From assembly GCF_006345805.1 (NCBI RefSeq), contig NC_042999.1, positions 108,004,001-108,068,000 of the forward strand: DNA of 64,000 nucleotides, read 5' to 3'. How positions within the stretch are numbered: the first letter of the stretch is position 1; every line of letters starts with the position of its first letter. The notes below the pieces were generated by a model, which was not told the DNA's origin, ran no database searches, and saw only the letters and a program-made list of their open reading frames with translations. Below, in pieces: positions 28,508-40,689 of this stretch. This DNA is from Octopus sinensis (lineage: Eukaryota). Made by a program: the position numbers and the translations under genes.

Positions 28508-28826
28508 GCATGTGGCTTAGTGGTTAGGGTAATTAGCTTATGATTGTAAAGTCATGAGTTCAATTCCTGGCAGTGCATTGTGTTCTTGAGCAAGACCCTT
28601 TATTTCATTTTACTCCCAGTTCACTTGGCTGGCAAAAACAAGTTGTACCTGTAATTCAAAATGCTGGCCTAGTCATATTCTGTGTCACATTCAATCTCCC
28701 CGAGAACTATGTTAGGGGTATGCATGTCTGTGGAATGTTCAGCCACTTGCACATTAATTTCATCAGCTGGCTGCTCTGTTGATTGGATCAAGTGGAACCC
28801 TCGTTGTCATAACCGATAGAGGGCCA
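28508..28826 (+). mobile_element. tRNA-headed SINE family D
   Basis: GTGGCTTAGTGGTTAGG A-box and GAGTTCAATTCC B-box; homologous along its length to 63137-63428(-). Confidence 0.8.
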
Positions 28827-29034
28827 GTTGTTCTGTGAAGCAGAAGTTTGTGTAACATCATGTATGTCAATTTCGTATTGTTGTTTAGAGTTATGATGTG
28901 CTCTAAACCTTTTGGCACTATTTGAAAGGATTTGATTTTTATCTGAAATCTTATTCAGTCAATAATCCTTTCCATTAAATATTATTAGTTACAGGAGTCT
29001 GTTGCAACATATATGACTAACTTGTAGAACTTAC

Positions 29035-29094
29035 TGTTCTATTCCATTGTAATTATTATTAATAAAGCTTGTCATTTTGGAGTTACTTGCATTT
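29035..29094 (-). CDS. Candidate symmetric phase-2 exon (60 bp): NASNSKMTSFINNNYNGIE
   Basis: Donor ACA|GTAAGT, acceptor ttctactacAG, one open frame. Confidence 0.2.
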
Positions 29095-29927
29095 CTGTAG
29101 TAGAATTATTGACAAGAGTCAGACCTTTTTAGGCAACTGTTTTCTAACCCTCCTCATCTCTCCTTCAAGCATAAAAATTTCTGTAAGTGTGTATAATATA
29201 GAGGAAGTCAACTTGTGACTGAGTAAGGCCACTTCCTAAACTCAGTATGTTCATGCAAGCACTAATATTTCAAGAGTTTGAGAAGTTCCTGTGCATGAAT
29301 TTGTTTGAGTGGATGAAGTGTTGCACAGCACAGAACCCACTTTTCATGATGTTTTATACTATTATAACACTAGCAGCACAGCAAATGTTGAGATGACAAA
29401 ATGCACTTCAGGTTTTCTTTTTTTTTTTTTATATGAATTTATCTTCTCCTTGAAGGAAATTCTGATGAGAACTGAGGGTTCTTCACTCCCAGTGGTTTGC
29501 ATGCTAATTAACCCATAGCCGGGACATTAACAGGTGCTACTACTCTGACACAGAGTAGACCTGGGAACAACAGTGGCTAAGAAGTGACTCCATACTCCTT
29601 GAAACCCTTGAACTCTTGTGCCAGGACTCCACTGCTGGATGCAGTTTAAAGTCTTACCCAAGATATGTGTATAATATACAGACAAAACAATGTGAATGGA
29701 ATTGGAATCCTGTATCTGCAACAGATAATATAGCTGTACTCACTTCTGCACTAGAGGTGGTATCACAATTTTGATCATCCAACTTAGAAGATTTAACCTA
29801 AATAGCTAAGGTTACATACAACAGTGGCCTATCAATGGGGTTCTCAGTCCTCGCAGTAACAATATATATTATGCATATGTAATGTGTGTTGATATTATAT
29901 ATATATATATATATATATATAAATATT

Positions 29928-30229
29928 TGTGGAGACGCAATGGCCCAGTGGTTAGGGCAGCAGACTTGCGGTTGTAGGATTGCAGTTTCGATTCCCAGAC
30001 CAGGCGTTGTGAGTGTTTATTGAGTGAAAACACCTAAAAGCTCCATGAGGCTCTGGCAGGGAGTAGTGGCAATCCCTGCTGTACTCTTTTGCCACAACTT
30101 TCACTCTTTCTACTGTTGGCCTGCTCTCTTAGCCAGTGGGGTGGCATCATATGAAGGTTAAAACAATGCAAAGCGCATTGTGACCAGTGATGTATAGCAA
30201 CATCTAATAGCCTGGTCAGTCTTGGTGAT
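29928..30229 (+). mobile_element. tRNA-headed SINE with the same head as 9383-9685 but a different 3' tail
   Basis: GGAGACGCAATGGCCCAGTGGTTAGGGC...TTTCGATTCCC; flanked by (TA)n tracts. Confidence 0.8.
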
Positions 30230-30318
30230 GTATATATATTTATTGATAGAAATGGTAAGACAGCAAAAGGATGAAAGACACTTCGATATTATGTAAATAG
30301 AGGAATTTATCTGTAAAT

Positions 30319-30530
30319 ATAATATGTGAATATAATATATAATTCGGTAGCCATGATAAAACTCCGATTTTCAGATGTCAGGGCCATCAAAAAAATGCTA
30401 TGAAAATGACCTGTCATTTTCATAGCGTGTTTTTGATGTGCCAATAACTGAAGCGATGCCAGTATGGGTTTCCGCCCTGACATCTGAAGCTCAGAGTTTT
30501 ATCATGGCTACCGAATAATTGTCACATATT
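30319..30530. mobile_element. Nested-hairpin (foldback/MITE-like) element
   Basis: Outer inverted arms ATTCGGTAGCCATGATAAAACTC..TTCAGATGTCAGGGC (30342-30384) and GCCCTGACATCTGAA..GAGTTTTATCATGGCTACCGAAT (to 30516); inner arms CATCAAAAAAATGCTATGAAAATGAC / GTCATTTTCATAGCGTGTTTTTGATG. Confidence 0.7.
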
Positions 30531-31806
30531 ATATATATATATATATATATATATTATAGAATAAATCAGAAAAAATATTATACCATTACCTGTGAGATTT
30601 GTAGTTGCATTTACTGTAAGCTATATAGCTGTGCTAATCACTACGCTGATGTGTAATTTGACAATCCAAATTAATGGAAGTAGTCTAAATAGTTAACACT
30701 ATACATATCAGTAACATATATATTGTAAAATAATTAGTAGCTAATATTCTTTATTTTCTTTTGTAGTATATTTAGTGTACATTCTTCCTAGTTTCATTCA
30801 TATAGACATGAACATTATAGATCATACCATCAATTACTTGTTGATTGATTGTATGTGTGTGTTTAAGTTATTAAAAGCTCACAAACAAATATACACACTC
30901 TGAAGACTATAGCTTCTTCAACTCTTATTTGAGGCTTTCAAATTCACATATAATTTTACAAATTTTTTTTTAATGTTTTATACTATTATCTTTATTTCTA
31001 TGCAAGTTCATTATTTCTTTAGAGCTATTATAACAGCTGCTCAGTTTTCATTTCCATATAAACTTGCTGAAACACAATACTTATCTATTTTCACTTTAAT
31101 TTAAGTTAAAGTAAAATGTTGATTAACATATAAGTAAATGAAAGAAATCAAGAGATCTAGATGTCCTCAGAGCAATAACAATGTGTTTGAATGCAGTTAC
31201 TAAGTAATTGATGGAAATCTCGTGAAAAGGTAGAAGAAATTTTTGATTTATACAATAGAATCTTGTCTCTTATTGAATGCAGACTGAAATATAGCTATGA
31301 AGAATAATTTAAATTACATTTTTTGATATAATTTATATATGAAATTGGTTTAATGTCAATATTGTGATATTAGCAATTTAATTGCATGTCAAGGAAATCA
31401 TTTCTTAATAAAGGTAATTTCTAATTAAGAGTTTGATTAACCTCAGGTTGAATGTGATGTAGAATTATGTTAAAATGTCATAGAGAGCTTTCAAATATTT
31501 AATAACATCTCTGACCACCTGCTTATTATCTTAACTCTCATTTTCTATGTGAATATAGATTGGATAGCCATACATACACGCACGTATATATTTGCACAAC
31601 ACATGTAGCAAATATACAAAACACTTTTTGTTTTAAAGTTTATATGTGATTATATTGCCATTAACATGAATTCTATTTTCAATGTAGGATATACTTATCA
31701 GGCCTTTCTTCAGATATTTGGCTCTACATCATATTGCAAAATTATTAGCGTCAAAGACAACACTTATTTTTCATTCAGGCACTCTGACATTTTATATATA
31801 ATTATC

Positions 31807-32888
31807 TGTGAAGACCTGTTGAGGCAGAGGCAAGTGTGTGACACTTTGTGAAGACCTGTTGAGGCAGAGGCAAGTGTGTGACACTTGTGGAGACCTGTTG
31901 AGGCAAGTGTGTAACACGCGTGACACTTGTGAAGACCTGTTGAGGCAAGTGAAAATCAAACCAAATCAAAATAGATGAACATCAATGGAATTTGTATCTT
32001 TGTGGTTCCAGTACCGGTGGCACACAAGGACACGCGTGACACTTTGAAGACCTGTTGAGGCAAGTGAAAATCAAATCAAACCAATCAAAATAGATGAACA
32101 TCAATGGAATTTGTATCTTTGTGGTTCCAGTACCGGTGGCACACAAGAAAACCATCCGATCGTGGCCGTTCGCCAGCCACATCTGGCACCTGTGTCGGTG
32201 GCACATAAAGACACCATCCGAAGACCCGGCGACGTAGACAGTCCACCTGTGCATACCTTCCTTCTTGTGACACTTGTGAAGACCTGTTGAGGCAAGTGAA
32301 AATCAAATCAAATCAAAACAAATCAAATTGATGAGCATAAATGGAATTTGTATCTTTGTGGTACCAGTGCCGGTGGCAACAAGAAAATCATCCGAACGTG
32401 GCCGTAGCCAGTACCGCATAGACTGGCCTCCGTGCTTTGGGGACGTAACAAACACCATCCGATCGTGGCCGTCCGCCAGCCTCATCTGGCACCTGTGTCG
32501 GTGGCACATAAAAACACCATCCGAGCGTGGCCGTCTGCCAGCCTCGTCTGGCACCTGCCAGCCTCATCTGGCACCTGTGTCGGTGGCACATAAACACCAT
32601 CCGAGCGTGGCCGTCTGCCAGCCTCGTCTGGCACCTGTGTCGGTGGCACATAAAAAACCATCCGAGCGTGGCCGTTCGCCAGCCTCGTCTGGCACCTGTG
32701 TCGGTGGCACATAAATCACCCACTACACTCTCGGAGTGGTTGGCGTTAGGAAGGGCATCCAGCTGTAGAAACACTGCCAGATCTGACTGGCCTGGTGCAG
32801 CCTTCGGGCTCCCCAGACCCCAGTTGAACCGTCCAACCCATGCTAGCATGGAAAACGGACGCTAAATGATGATGATGATGATGATGAT
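31807..32888 (+). mobile_element. Young GC/CpG-rich retro-type repeat with reiterated 5' units, ~58-bp internal subrepeats and (GAT)n tail
   Basis: Six GAAGACCTGTTGAGGCA starts (one with a G variant); about five ACCATCCGAGCGTGGCCG...GGTGGCACATAAA units; ends CATGCTAGCATGGAAAACGGACGCTAAATGATGATGATG. Confidence 0.8.
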
Positions 32889-33362
32889 CTCTGTTGAGAT
32901 CAAGGGGTTCATGATTTTATATTCTTCAGAGTTACAATATAGATTTGATATTTTTTAAATTTCAGATTGAATCTTTTACAAATATTATATTGGTTGAATA
33001 GTTATTATATTTGTGGCTATTCATTTACTTAATTGATCAATATTTGTATTTGTGAATTTATTTCTGTGCTACTTTAAAAACTGCAGATACTTGAAAAGCT
33101 CTGGCTGACTATACCTTTAATCTGTATTCTACTTTTGTAATGATTAAAAATTGTAGAAGAAACATAAAAATGATATCAAAAGATTAAACAGAATAAATCA
33201 GATGGTTTGTTTTTCCTTTATTTCTTGTTACAACAATTAGAAGAAGAATAGTAGTTGCGATTGTTGCAGATTCTCCAAACCTAATGAAATCAATGTGGTT
33301 TATGTTCTGTTTAAAATTTTGTTCGATAAAATATAAGCAAGAACGGGATTCTACAGGATTAC

Positions 33363-33405
33363 CATAGTGGGGAGGAATAATTAACCACATTGATTCTTTT
33401 AGGAT
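33363..33405 (-). CDS. Candidate exon (43 bp): xPKRINVVNYSSPL or ILKESMWLIIPPHY
   Basis: About 45-nt AG-free pyrimidine tract before the acceptor (…ccacactttcccAG), donor ATG|GTAATC. Confidence 0.2.
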
Positions 33406-35289
33406 CTGGGAAAGTGTGGAGATAAAGTAGAGATGATGATGAGAGACAAGTGCATTATGGAGTTTGAGCAGATAAATGTAGATTGCTAGTTTTTGGAGAT
33501 GTAGACCATTATAGGACTCACAGAAAAATCTAAGGGAAGAAACCAGTCAATCCTAGTTGAGTATATCTTTGACCATAGGCATCTCAGAAGTGGTCATTTT
33601 GACTTTAGTTCAGAAATGGTTTAGAACAACTACATTTGACATTTTATCATTGCTTTTTTAAGTAGTAGTTTATGATTTTGGGGTGATTTGGCTGCTACTT
33701 CTTGCAGACCAAGAAACTTCATAGAGGCTTTAGTGGTTACAGTATGTTGGCTGAATGAATCATTGCCAATCAGCCAAATGACTCTCTTTTGGATGTCATC
33801 TAAGTCATGAGATTTGTGTGTATTGCAGTAGTGTCATCTCACATGTGAGCTACTATTTAAGGTTAGTTGCACTTGAATATAGTAGAGAGTCAGCAACTGA
33901 TCAGGGCTGAAATATATTCTAGCTTTAAAAGAAAACTCCATCTGTGTATTTAGGTAGCTATTGCAACAATATTTTATATGTGAAATTGTCATAGATTGTA
34001 TTGCCTAGCATTTGTTATGACTTAGAATTACTGTTTAGCTTCAGGTTATTTCTGATCAACCATTCTCAATATGAACAGATTATTTTCAGATGTGACATAT
34101 CTGGGAGTACGTTATCCAATATGTCTCTTCTTTTCTTAAAGACAGTAGAGTATGATGAAAGAGAGAGAGAGAGAGAAAGAAAGAAAGAAAGAGAGTACTG
34201 TTTCTAGCAAGTCATGTTATTATATAAGGGTTACCTTGTTAGTTTTGCATTGTATATTGTTGATGTATAATTAATACACACACTATAATGCTGTTTCTTA
34301 TTTCTTTGATATAAGTAGGTAATGTATCTTTGTGTTGGGAAAGGAAACAAATCCTCCAAATTTCTATGAGAGAACATTTGTTATGAAATTACCGATGTGT
34401 TTTGTTTTGATGCTACTATAAAAAATATGTCTATAGATTTTTAGTGAACCTTGTATGCATAAATAGATGTAAGCACCCTGCTTGTGTGTGTCTGTCAAAT
34501 TCACTGATACATCCTGTAGTACATTATAGCATTTTTCTTCTGCAAAATAGGGATAATGGTGGCCCATTGGAGAAATGGGCCCCATGAGGTAGAGTGGCTG
34601 CTGCAGTGAGTGTCACTGGCCACTCTTCACAGCAACACCATTATAGTCATTACTGCAGGGCACTGCTAAGCGCCCCACTTGTTCTAGGATGTATGGCCCA
34701 ACACCCCTTCCTATTTCAACTCCTGCTGCTTTTACCCCCACTTTTCACTTGTTTTTCCCTTGTGTTGTTTTCCTTGCTTATCTCTTTTTCCTGTTTCTTT
34801 GTATTTAAATGTTCTTAAAGCATTGACACAAAACACTTAAAACACCTGTAACTTGTTAATGCAGGTGATTTAAAGCTTTATTAATAGTAAGCTTATAACT
34901 AGTGTTTACATGGACAGTTATACATAGTAATCACTTGCTGATAAAATCCAGACACAAACTTGAAACTAATGTGGTTGGTACCTCTTTTATTGTCCATGAT
35001 AATATTGTGTATACAACCAAGATGTATGCATGTTTTTCTACGTACAATCAAGTTAAAAATCTATAGATATATTCTGTCATATAGTATTACATACTTTTTA
35101 AGTCATTGTTCATAGAGGCAGGACAAATAGGTCTGACATGAGGTGTCTAAGTGTAGTTAACACATGCATGAAGTACAGAAAGAAATGAGATGAATAAGAA
35201 TGCATTTAATTAGGAGTAACTGTGAGTTGGTCATTAATGTTTAGAGAGAAAAGTATAGGAGAGATAAAGAAATTTTAGGGTACATCAGA

Positions 35290-35880
35290 ATCAATAAAAT
35301 ATTAGTCAGAGAAAGCTATTTGACACAAGCAGCATGGGAAGAGTTTGACAGGGAGTTTTTGATTCAAGAAACAAGAGATGATGGAGACCATGAAGTGAGG
35401 AATTTGGTTGAGGGGTTCTCACTGTCATAGTTGAAATCTTTGCTGATATCAAGGGTAACAATATTTCTTTAGCCAAAGTTCTGTAGAGTGAGAGAGCATT
35501 GATGTGTGATGGGGATGTACAAAGACAGTAGCCCAGTAGATATGTTTCTAGAGAAACCATACTGGCGGTCACAAATAAATGAGAGAAACTGAAGGTATGA
35601 GAAGAGGTAGTTTTAATGAATATCATCATAATTTTTGAATTGCTGGAAGTTATTCGTAATAAGCTGCTAATTGCCAGAGTCAAACAGGTTGTTCTTTTCT
35701 AGGATGGGATTCACTGTGGGGTGTTTCCAAAGACTGGCATAGATCTGGGTAGAGGAAGAAACATGGAAGAGTTAAACAATTTTAGTAGTTGGCTGTGAAG
35801 TGTGAAAGCATTGCGTTAGCAAGCTGAAATAATTTTCTTTCTTTCTGAGAGTTTAGCTTGCAGGCTGGTTTTAATATGTA
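35290..35880 (-). pseudogene. Decayed LINE ORF2 reverse transcriptase, 5' half
   Basis: Minus strand reads DRQYGFSRNISTGLL...*RNIVTLDISKDF (~QYGFR..RST.DL...VALDISKAFD), with upstream W..P.V.PI and RITS.NSKIM remnants. Confidence 0.75.
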
Positions 35881-37068
35881 ACGTTAAAGAAGGAAGTTTT
35901 ATGATAAATTTCTATTGAAACATGATGGAGTGTTTAGAAACTAAATAAGTCCAGTCTCATAAAATACATTTTTGAAAAACTTAAACGAAAAGAAACTACT
36001 AATCATTTAAATTGTATGTACATATTTTTAAATATCCTGACTCCAATAGCACATCTCCCATAATTATAGAACTGTAGAGAAATGCAGGTAGTTTTATGTA
36101 TCAAAAGTTTGAGAAGGGAACTATCAACATTGATTTACAATGTTTATTGGTTTCTATAAAAATGCCATTAAAATAATAGCATATTCCAAAGTGTATACTT
36201 AAATTGTGGCAGTGCATAGAGAGGTCTAGTAAAGTTAATTGCATGAATTTAAATAAGTTATTGGTTCATCTTAAGACTAAATGTAATAACAAACTGTTCA
36301 TTATGAAAGCAAACTTCGGCTAAATTACCTCCACACTCCTGATGACTATTCAAGCTGTGTCATCTGTTTACTTCATCTTTCTATCTATATGCATAATGTA
36401 TTTACTTAGTTCTTAACTTACTTATTATTATGTATGTTTAGAACTTCTTCCATGCAATGAAAATCAAGAGAAGAAAAGCAAATTTTGTCAGATCATAATT
36501 TTACATTCATTACCAGCAGTATATGTTTAAAACTAGAATAAGATCATGAAAGTTAAGATAACTGTTGAATATTATTGTTTAACTGATAAACATTAAAGAA
36601 ATACAGCAAAAATCCATTTGTTTCTCTTTTTTTTATAGCAAATTAAAGTTAGGCAAAATTTTGTATCTCAAACTTGTAACTATTATGTGAAACTGTGTTA
36701 GAAATAGTTTTAACTCAAGTTTAAGCAACTGCTACAACCCCACATTAAACATGAAAAAATTGACCTTCTTAAAATCAAGACAATCTCAAAGAGAAGAGCA
36801 GTGATGAAAATAACAATGATACTTTTTAATACTGACATAAGGCCACATTTCTTGTAGGGGAAAATACCCTTTGATTAGAAAACAGTAACTGAAGAATACA
36901 CTATTTTATTGATCCTGTAAGTAAAAAGGTAAAATTGACAAGAGGATTTGAACTCAAACAAAGGATATAACTAAATATGAAAAGGTATTCTATCTTTTTC
37001 CCTGACAGTTTCATTCCCTTTCATTCTTCTCCATAAAAATGAATGATAATGATTAAAGAATGACTTAC

Positions 37069-37133
37069 ATACTGACTATTTGTTTACACATCCGGAAAGG
37101 GATGAGCTTCTGACTAACTGAATCTTTAGCCAT
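37069..37133 (-). CDS. Candidate start-codon exon (exon 37069-37143): MAKDSVSQKLIPFRMCKQIVS
   Basis: Acceptor cttatttctcttcAG, donor TAT|GTAAGT, AAAATGG start with in-frame TAG just upstream. Caveat: it lies within one arm of an inverted duplication that is partly repeat-derived. Confidence 0.25.
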
Positions 37134-37236
37134 TTTGTACTACCTGAAGAGAAATAAGATTAGGGTAAATCATAGATGGAATGTTGTTGATCCTAGTTTT
37201 GCTTGATCAAACTTGGCTGGAATTAAACAACTGAAA

Positions 37237-37500
37237 CATCATCATCATTTAACGTCTGTTTTCCATGCTGGCATGGGTTAGATGGTTTGATTGGAGATTG
37301 TAAGCTAGAATGCTGCATCAGGCTCCAGTCTGTTTTGGCTGATTTTTATAGCTGGAGACCTTTTCTAACGTCAATCACTCCGGAGTGTACCTTTTATATG
37401 TCATCAGCATGGATGCCTCTTGCATGTCACTGACACAGGTACTTTTTAAGTATCACTAGCACAAATGCCTTTCACGTGTGACTGGCACTGGCCACGAAAC
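37237..37500 (-). mobile_element. Copy of the (CAT)n-tailed repeat family
   Basis: CATCATCATCATTTAACGTCTGTTTTCCATGCTGGCATGGG matches the reverse complement of the end of 31807-32888. Confidence 0.7.
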
Positions 37501-38367
37501 AGTTTTCTATAATTACACTAATTAACTTTTAACCAGGATTTTGTTATTTCATTATCTAAAACATCCAACTGTTGTTGCAATTCTGCTCCAAGTTATTGCT
37601 TGCTGTAATACTGTCATAGTACAATGATGGAAAGTTGTTTCTATGGTTTAACCCTAGACAAACTTGATCAAGCAAAACTAGAATCAACAAGATTTCATCT
37701 CTTATTTTCCTTCTGACATTAAAAAAAAATAGTTATAGATTCAGTTAGTCAGAAGCTTAACTCCTTCTGTATAGCACTTGTTTGTGTTTTTAGATATTGA
37801 TAGTATAAGAGAGGAGTAGATAGAAAGAGTCTATATGTAAATCACTCTTTATAATTATCATTGTTATAGAGAACAATGAAAGGGATAAAATTTGCAGAGA
37901 AGTGGAAAGAATTCTTTTGTTATTCAGTTATATCTTATGTTTCAGTTCAAATTTTGCTGTGATTAACTTACCTTTTAGCTTTTCTGGGATCTATAATATA
38001 ACATACTTTTCAATTAATGGGGGTTGTCTAATCAATAGCATTTCTCACACCCCAAATATGTAGCCTTGTGTCAGTATTAAAAAATTATTATTCTTTTAAC
38101 TTTAGGTTTCCTTGGAACTCCTGAACTCTTGCATGTGTAGTGAGCTTGCTACCTGCAGCCTATGGTACCATGCTATTTATTCTTTTCAACTATCTAATAC
38201 TTTACTGGTGATTCTGGCCATGCCAAGGAGGCAAGCCTTTTGTAACACAGTTCTACTGGGCACCCTGTTCCCATTTCCTTTATATTCTTCTTGATGGCTT
38301 CTGATACTGTCCCCTAAGGACCCAACAATAATTGACACTATTATTATTATCATTATTATTATTATTT

Positions 38368-38573
38368 AAGGCAGAAAGCTGGCAGAATCATTAGCACACC
38401 TAGCAAAATACTTTGTGGCATTTCATCCATCACTATGTTCTGAGTTCAAATCCCACCAAGGCTGACTTAGCTTTCATCCTTTTGGGGTTGATAAAATAAG
38501 TACCAGTTGAAAACTGAGAGCAATGTAATCAACTTACTCCCTCCCCTGCTGGCCTTATGCCAAAATGTGAAAC
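38368..38573 (+). mobile_element. SINE family A, tail type 2
   Basis: Homology to 21693-21911. Confidence 0.75.
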
Positions 38574-39853
38574 TCTTTGTATTATCATTATTATTATTAT
38601 TACAACTGCTCTTCTCTTCCAGATAATCGTAATTTTTTGAATGTTAATTTTTCTGTGTTTAAAGTTGAGTTGTTGCAGTTGCTTTTTAAACTTGAAATAA
38701 TACTATTTCTAGTAACTCTCTGCTTCATATTTCTGTCTCCTATTTGATAATATCGTGAATAATCGTTATCATTAATGATTTAATTATATGAAGTCTTAGC
38801 AGATATCTAAAATTCTTTTGTAGTTGTTACTGTTATTTTGTCTGCAAGTCATTTTTGATTCTTTGATGAAAGGCAATCCAACTGTAACTAATCCATTTCT
38901 TTTTTTTATACCAAGAACTATATTGTCTAATATATCCTTCTTTATTGAAAATGGTAGTGCAATTTGAGGAGGTTCGGCTGCTATTTCTAACATGTTAAGT
39001 GACCATATGGAGACTCCCTTGTTGGTTCAACAAATACTTCTGCATTTGTCTAAGCTACTAAATGCATCTTAAAATATTGAATATAATTGTAACATTTAAA
39101 GATGATTTAAATTTTAAATTAGATTACAAAGAAAAAAAAAAACAACAAAACAAATACATGTTCTAATCATATCTTTTCAAACTCAAACAATGATGTAATT
39201 ACAATTAGTCATATACAATTATGTTGTTTGAAAAATAATTTTAAAGCATTCAGCTGCTTCTAAATTAGACATTACATAATGTAATGATATTTATTAAACA
39301 TTACTCAATGTAATAATATTGAACTTTCTCAATTCATCTGTTGTCAGTATTATTAAAATGAATAGCTGCAGGTGATGGAGTAGCAGAATAGTTAAAACGG
39401 TGGGAGAAATTGCCCAATAATATTTGGTATTGTTCCTCTATATTCTGGTTTTTAATCTTGCCAGGGTCTACTTAGCCTTGCAGGCATGAGCACAGGAGAC
39501 TTTAAAAGAAAGAAAACGAATAGGATTGTTTGTGTGATAAGGTCAATTCAATCAGCTGTGAACTTCCCCTACAAAACCAAAGCATTATATTAATGTAAGA
39601 AGCCATTATTAAATCATAAATAGCTGAATGTTATGCTCTTCTGACACACATATTATTAGAGGGGAAAATATCACTTTTCAGCTTGCTGATTTAATAAAAC
39701 TGTTTGATGATGATGATGATGATGGTGTGTATTTTGTGTGAAAAAAATGATCCAAAAGAAACGCAAAAAAAAAAATGCAGATTATTTTAGTAATTTAGTT
39801 TGTTATCTATTTTATCTCATTACCCAGATTCTTCATCTGTTTTGTTTGTTTAG

Positions 39854-39905
39854 CTACATTTTCAACAATTCTAGTGAGAATTGGATGTTTCTGATAGACT
39901 GCAAG
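39854..39905 (+). CDS. Candidate exon (52 bp): YIFNNSSENWMFLIDCK
   Basis: Acceptor ttttgtttgtttAG, donor AAG|GTAAAA; this frame is open through the exon. Confidence 0.22.
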
Positions 39906-40689
39906 GTAAAATGAGTTAACAAAATGTAATTTTCATTCCTTGGTGTGTAACTAGAAATCAAGTAGATGTCTTCATTTATAATAGATGGAACTTTTATCAT
40001 TCTCATATAACTACAATTCTTAAAGTTTCTCGTTTAAATTTTAATTGGCATTGCTGGAGATGATTAGTGCTTTTCCTTGTAATTTTCTTTATTCTTTCTT
40101 TGTATGGTTGTAGGAAAATATACTAATTGTCTAGACTCTGAGATGAAAGTAGTTTTCAAAGGAACCAAATATTTAGCTCTTCAAAGAAAAATTTAATGTT
40201 TATATTGCTGTCTTTTTAAGTCACTGCATAAATCATACAATCCTGTTTTCTCTAAGGAATTTCAGTGTCGTTTGGACAAAATTAATTGAACAAAATAATG
40301 TATTTGTACTTATCTAAAGATGTATGGTCAGTAATGATATATTTGTGAAACCCTAAAAGATTAAACTATCAGTTTATTTTAGTTGTTCAAATAAAACTGC
40401 TTGGAACGTATTGAAATTAGAGCAATACTGCAATCATTGAATTTAGTTCAATACTAGTTAAATAGTGATATGTTATAAATTGCAAGGTACTTCACACTCG
40501 ACTGTATTACAACATCTTAAATTAATATTCCCCAACACCTGCTGTGGCTCGTTGACATCTGAAATATGTATAAGTGGGCTAAACAATGTAGTTACTTATA
40601 TAGAAAATGGTTAATGAGGGAATCTCTACAACCTTTTACAAATAGCAACCAAAGTTAGCTGCAAGTCTGAAGTCCTAAAAAGCCTTAGA

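Noticed and set aside
32454-32712. CRISPR-like appearance of ~58-bp repeats
   Set aside because: Units are contiguous with no unique spacers, there are no cas genes, and the context is eukaryotic.
31982-32865. Multiple 70-150 aa ORFs in the ORF track
   Set aside because: They are by-products of a GC-rich tandemly repeated element; the peptides are repetitive in all frames.
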